NCBI GenBank assembly: GCA_002189035.1 | Contig: NEEC01000315.1 | Location: forward strand, 1-17,143 | Origin: Utricularia gibba | Lineage: Eukaryota > Plantae > Magnoliophyta | Length of the DNA: 17,143 nucleotides | Reading direction: 5' to 3' | In this document: one piece after another, positions 12,627 to 17,143 of the stretch | Position numbering within the stretch: the first letter of the stretch is position 1 | Layout of the letters: every line of letters begins with the position of its first letter | Program-made: the position numbers and the translations under genes | The notes under the pieces: generated by a model | Told to the model about the DNA's origin: nothing | What the model saw: the letters and a program-made list of their open reading frames with translations, nothing else | Database searches by the model: none

Positions 12627-12668
12627 GAATCCCGTGCACGTGTGATTTTTAGGATGCACCCCGAATGA

Positions 12669-12834
12669 TGATGCGCAATGAAATGACTACGTCGCACATC
12701 CTGGTCCGCGAAGCACCTCTTGCATAACATGCAGATCCTTGCTCTTCATAGCACACTGTTGGGAAGCCCTTTTCGAGCTCCAAGTATTATAATTTGGAGT
12801 TACGTTTGTCCGATAACTGTGGACATATTAAAAA
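12669..12834. other. Conserved 166-bp core shared by X and Y monomers (one representative of 34 copies)
   Basis: TGATGCGCAATG...GGACATATTAAAAA is the same in both monomer types except one G/A site (12713; A at 14307 and 16420). Positions 12714-12834 (121 bp) show no X/Y difference. Confidence 0.93.
12776..12801 (+). other. Potential stem-loop in the conserved core (representative copy)
   Basis: AGCTCCAAGT-attata-ATTTGGAGTT forms a 10-bp stem with two G-T pairs around a perfect CTCCAA/TTGGAG inverted repeat. Function unknown. Confidence 0.55.
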
Positions 12835-13015
12835 CAAGCCACAACGAAAAGTGTCTTAGGTGTCCTTTCTTGGTGGCTGCGTCTAAGAATGTGCTTCTCG
12901 TTCTCGACATTGATGCAAATGGGATACACGGCAAAAGAATCAAATAGCCACTAGAGACATGGTGTATGGGAATGGTGCATCAAGAATCAGAAGTATCATA
13001 GCAACTAATTGAATC

Positions 13016-13028
13016 AATCAACAGCCAA
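13016..13028 (+). other. Y-specific 13-nt insertion AATCAACAGCCAA (representative copy)
   Basis: X reads AACTAAATGCATC-AACATATGG and Y reads AACTAATTGAATC[AATCAACAGCCAA]AACATATGG. This accounts for the 523 vs 536 bp difference. Exact gap placement is ambiguous by a few nt. Confidence 0.9.
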
Positions 13029-13254
13029 AACATATGGTGTCAAACTTCATCGGATATGCGATCAAGATGGAAAAAAGTCACATGTTACATCATGAATTTC
13101 GTGGCATCACTTATCCCAACACTGTTATACACTCAGGATATGCGTAAATATTTATTTTTAATGAATCCCGTGCACGTGTGATTTTTAGGCTGCATCCCGA
13201 ATGTGATGCGCAATGAAATGACTACGTCGCACATCCTGGTCCGCGAAGCACCTC

Positions 13255-13777
13255 TTGCATAACATGCAGATCCTTGCTCTTCATAGCACACTGTTGGGAA
13301 GCCCTTTTCGAGCTCCAAGTATTATAATTTGGAGTTACGTTTGTCCGATAACTGTGGACATATTAAAAAAGGGCCACAACGAAAGGTGTCTCACGTGGCA
13401 TTCCGTGGTGACTGCATTTAATAATGTGCTTCATGTTCTCGAAATTGATGCGAACAACATACAAGGCAAAAGAATCAAATAGCCACTAGAGACATGGTAT
13501 ACGGGAATGGTGCATCAAGAATCAGAAGTATCATAGCAACTAAATGCATCAACATATGGTGTCAGAATTCATCTACTATGCGATCAAGTTGGAAAAAAGT
13601 CACATGCTACATCATGAATTTCGTGGCATCACTTATCCCAACACTGTTATACACTCTGGATATGCGTAAATATTTATTTTTAATGAATCCCGTGCACGTG
13701 TGATTTTTAGGATGCACCCCGAATGATGATGCGCAATGAAATGACTACGTCGCACATCCTGGTCCGCGAAGCACCTC
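13255..13777. repeat. Representative X-type monomer (523 bp)
   Basis: Diagnostic sequences are AAGGGCCAC, CTCACGTGGCATTCC, AAATGCATCAAC, TCAGAATTCATCTAC (EcoRI site), ATGCTAC, AATGAATCCCG and TTTTTAGGATG. Confidence 0.95.
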
Positions 13778-14313
13778 TTGCATAACATGCAGATCCTTGC
13801 TCTTCATAGCACACTGTTGGGAAGCCCTTTTCGAGCTCCAAGTATTATAATTTGGAGTTACGTTTGTCCGATAACTGTGGACATATTAAAAACAAGCCAC
13901 AACGAAAAGTGTCTTAGGTGTCCTTTCTTGGTGGCTGCGTCTAAGAATGTGCTTCTCGTTCTCGACATTGATGCAAATGGGATACACGGCAAAAGAATCA
14001 AATAGCCACTAGAGACATGGTGTATGGGAATGGTGCATCAAGAATCAGAAGTATCATAGCAACTAATTGAATCAATCAACAGCCAAAACATATGGTGTCA
14101 AACTTCATCGGATATGCGATCAAGATGGAAAAAAGTCACATGTTACATCATGAATTTCGTGGCATCACTTATCCCAACACTGTTGTATACTCAGGATATG
14201 CGTAAATATTTATTTTTAACAAATCCGGTGCACGTGTGATTTTTCGGCTGCATCCCGAATGGTGATGCGCAATGAAATGACTACGTCGCACATCCTGGTC
14301 CGCGAAACACCTC
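13778..14313. repeat. Representative Y-type monomer (536 bp)
   Basis: Diagnostic sequences are ACAAGCCAC, CTTAGGTGTCC, the 13-nt insertion, TCAAACTTCATCGGA, ATGTTAC, GTTGTATACTCAGG, AACAAATCCGG, TTTTTCGGCTG and CGCGAAACAC. Length is 523+13. Confidence 0.93.
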
Positions 14314-17143
14314 TTGCATAACATGCAGATCCTTGCTCTTCATAGCACACTGTTGGGAAGCCCTTTTCGAGCTCCAAGTATTATAATTTGGAGTTACGTT
14401 TGTCCGATAACTGTGGACATATTAAAAAAGGGCCACAACGAAAGGTGTCTCACGTGGCATTCCGTGGTGACTGCATTTAATAATGTGCTTCATGTTCTCG
14501 AAATTGATGCGAACAACATACAAGGCAAAAGAATCAAATAGCCACTAGAGACATGGTATACGGGAATGGTGCATCAAGAATCAGAAGTATCATAGCAACT
14601 AAATGCATCAACATATGGTGTCAGAATTCATCTACTATGCGATCAAGTTGGAAAAAAGTCACATGCTACATCATGAATTTCGTGGCATCACTTATCCCAA
14701 CACTGTTATACACTCTGGATATGCGTAAATATTTATTTTTAATGAATCCCGTGCACGTGTGATTTTTAGGATGCACCCCGAATGATGATGCGCAATGAAA
14801 TGACTACGTCGCACATCCTGGTCCGCGAAGCACCTCTTGCATAACATGCAGATCCTTGCTCTTCATAGCACACTGTTGGGAAGCCCTTTTCGAGCTCCAA
14901 GTATTATAATTTGGAGTTACGTTTGTCCGATAACTGTGGACATATTAAAAACAAGCCACAACGAAAAGTGTCTTAGGTGTCCTTTCTTGGTGGCTGCGTC
15001 TAAGAATGTGCTTCTCGTTCTCGACATTGATGCAAATGGGATACACGGCAAAAGAATCAAATAGCCACTAGAGACATGGTGTATGGGAATGGTGCATCAA
15101 GAATCAGAAGTATCATAGCAACTAATTGAATCAATCAACAGCCAAAACATATGGTGTCAAACTTCATCGGATATGCGATCAAGATGGAAAAAAGTCACAT
15201 GTTACATCATGAATTTCGTGGCATCACTTATCCCAACACTGTTGTATACTCAGGATATGCGTAAATATTTATTTTTAACAAATCCGTGCACGTGTGATTT
15301 TTCGGCTGCATCCCGAATGTGATGCGCAATGAAATGACTACGTCGCACATCCTGGTCCGCGAAGCACCTCTTGCATAACATGCAGATCCTTGCTCTTCAT
15401 AGCACACTGTTGGGAAGCCCTTTTCGAGCTCCAAGTATTATAATTTGGAGTTACGTTTGTCCGATAACTGTGGACATATTAAAAAAGGGCCACAACGAAA
15501 GGTGTCTCACGTGGCATTCCGTGGTGACTGCATTTAATAATGTGCTTCATGTTCTCGAAATTGATGCGAACAACATACAAGGCAAAAGAATCAAATAGCC
15601 ACTAGAGACATGGTATACGGGAATGGTGCATCAAGAATCAGAAGTATCATAGCAACTAAATGCATCAACATATGTGTCAGAATTCATCTACTATGCGATC
15701 AAGTTGGAAAAAAGTCACATGCTACATCATGAATTTCGTGGCATCACTTATCCCAACACTGTTATACACTCTGGATATGCGTAAATATTTTTTTTAATGA
15801 ATCCCGTGCACGTGTGATTTTTAGGATGCACCCCGAATGATGATGCGCAATGAAATGACTACGTCGCACATCCTGGTCCGCGAAGCACCTCTTGCATAAC
15901 ATGCAGATCCTTGCTCTTCATAGCACACTGTTGGGAAGCCCTTTTCGAGCTCCAAGTATTATAATTTGGAGTTACGTTTGTCCGATAACTGTGGACATAT
16001 TAAAAACAAGCCACAACGAAAAGTGTCTTAGGTGTCCTTTCTTGGTGGCTGCGTCTAAGAATGTGCTTCTCGTTCTCGACATTGATGCAAATGGGATACA
16101 CGGCAAAAGAATCAAATAGCCACTAGAGACATGGTGTATGGGAATGGTGCATCAAGAATCAGAAGTATCATAGCAACTAATTGAATCAATCAACAGCCAA
16201 AACATGGTGTCAAACTTCATCGGATATGCGATCAAGATGGAAAAAAGTCACATGTTACATCATGAATTTCGTGGCATCACTTATCCCAACACTGTTTGTA
16301 TACTCAGGATATGCGTAAATATTTATTTTTAACAAATCCGGTGCACGTGTGATTTTTCGGCTGCATCCCGAATGGTGATGCGCAATGAAATGACTACGTC
16401 GCACATCCTGGTCCGCGAAACACCTCTTGCATAACATGCAGATCCTTGCTCTTCATAGCACACTGTTGGGAAGCCCTTTTCGAGCTCCAAGTATTATAAT
16501 TTGGAGTTACGTTTGTCCGATAACTGTGGACATATTAAAAAAGGGCCACAACGAAAGGTGTCTCACGTGGCATTCCGTGGTGACTGCATTTAATAATGTG
16601 CTTCATGTTCTCGAAATTGATGCGAACAACATACAAGGCAAAAGAATCAAATAGCCACTAGAGACATGGTATACGGAATGGTGCATCAAGAATCAGAAGT
16701 ATCATAGCAACTAAATGCATCAACATATGGTGTCAGAATTCATCTACTATGCGATCAAGTTGGAAAAAAGTCACATGCTACATCATGAATTTCGTGGCAT
16801 CACTTATCCCAACACTGTTATACACTCTGGATATGCGTAAATATTTATTTTTAATGAATCCCGTGCACGTGTGATTTTTAGGATGCACCCCGAATGATGA
16901 TGCGCAATGAAATGACTACGTCGCACATCCTGGTCCGCGAAGCACCTCTTGCATAACATGCAGATCCTTGCTCTTCATAGCACACTGTTGGGAAGCCCTT
17001 TTCGAGCTCCAAGTATTATAATTTGGAGTTACGTTTGTCCGATAACTGTGGACATATTAAAAACAAGCCACAACGAAAAGTGTCTTAGGTGTCCTTTCTT
17101 GGTGGCTGCGTCTAAGAATGTGCTTCTCGTTCTCGACATTGAT

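Larger units (their letters stand above)
1..17143. repeat. Head-to-tail tandem array (satellite-like), 34 copies of a ~523/536-bp monomer core; fills the window and runs off both ends
   Basis: The GAGCTC of the core occurs at 272, 791, 1311, 1836, 2369, 2880, 3310, 3838, 4361, 4880, 5333, 5673, 6203, 6723, 7300, 7688, 8218, 8741, 9272, 9794, 10308, 10612, 11134, 11717, 12252, 12775, 13310, 13833, 14369, 14892, 15426, 15947, 16482 and 17004. All copies have the same orientation. Confidence 0.99.
11662..17143. repeat. Regular dimeric higher-order repeat (Y-X)n, period ~1,056-1,059 bp
   Basis: Core-to-core spacing alternates 535/523/535/523/536/523/534/521/535/522. The bodies alternate strictly between Y (CAAGCCAC...GTCTTAGGTGTCC) and X (AGGGCCAC...TCTCACGTGGC). 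Confidence 0.98.

Noticed and set aside
12436-12645. 69-aa ORF MVYGNGASR... in X units
   Set aside because: It is terminated by a stop and frameshifted by the 13-nt insertion in Y, and I recognise no homology.
12608-12652. 45-nt intron-like segment GTAAAT...TTTTTAG on the + strand
   Set aside because: The AG is replaced by CG in Y, and removing the segment gives no long ORF in any frame (stops within 4-25 codons).
12665-12671. Box C motif ATGATGA suggesting a C/D snoRNA
   Set aside because: There is no downstream CTGA box D, and the motif is altered in Y.
12181-12703. Apparent abundance of 6-bp palindromes (about 12 per X monomer)
   Set aside because: About 9 are expected by chance at this composition, so this is not a meaningful excess.
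1-17143. CRISPR-like reading (constant repeat plus variable spacer)
   Set aside because: The units are ~530 bp, there are only two homologous spacer types rather than unique spacers, and there are no cas genes or leader.
1-17143. Tandem RNA gene cluster (5S rRNA, SL RNA, U1/U2/U6 snRNA, tRNA) or rDNA spacer
   Set aside because: I found no diagnostic motifs by eye (no SL1 GGTTTAATTACCCAAG, no U1/U2/U6 5' ends, no cloverleaf); GTCCGATAAC only loosely resembles 5S. An Rfam scan is still needed for a definitive negative.
1-17143. Satellite-embedded hammerhead ribozyme (as in newt, schistosome and cricket satellites)
   Set aside because: The CTGANGA core was not found on either strand of the X or Y consensus.
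1-17143. Kinetoplast minicircle or telomeric repeats
   Set aside because: There is no GGGGTTGGTGTA (CSB-3) on either strand and no short G-rich telomere-type repeats.

Overview
The whole 17,143-bp window is one head-to-tail tandem array with no unique sequence and no recognisable gene. A conserved core (marked by GAGCTCCAAGTATTATAATTTGGAG) occurs 34 times. It separates two related monomer types that alternate: X (523 bp) and Y (536 bp, i.e. X plus a 13-nt insertion). Together they form a ~1,059-bp dimeric higher-order repeat. By manual alignment X and Y differ at ~45 substitutions (~91% identity), and these are very unevenly spread: a 166-bp core has 0-1 differences while the adjacent 96-bp block has 23. 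The right third (11662-17143) is a near-perfect (YX)n array. The left two-thirds contains hybrid, truncated and scrambled units built only from pieces of the same repeat. Bases are often missing exactly at X/Y discordant sites, which looks like long-read consensus or assembly artefact, though real unequal recombination cannot be excluded. All ORFs in the track are repeat-borne and are not supported as genes. GC is ~41% and CpG is not depleted. Best call: a non-coding dimeric satellite-like DNA of unknown host, or a concatemer of a ~1.06-kb circle. I could not assign the monomer to any known family without a database search.
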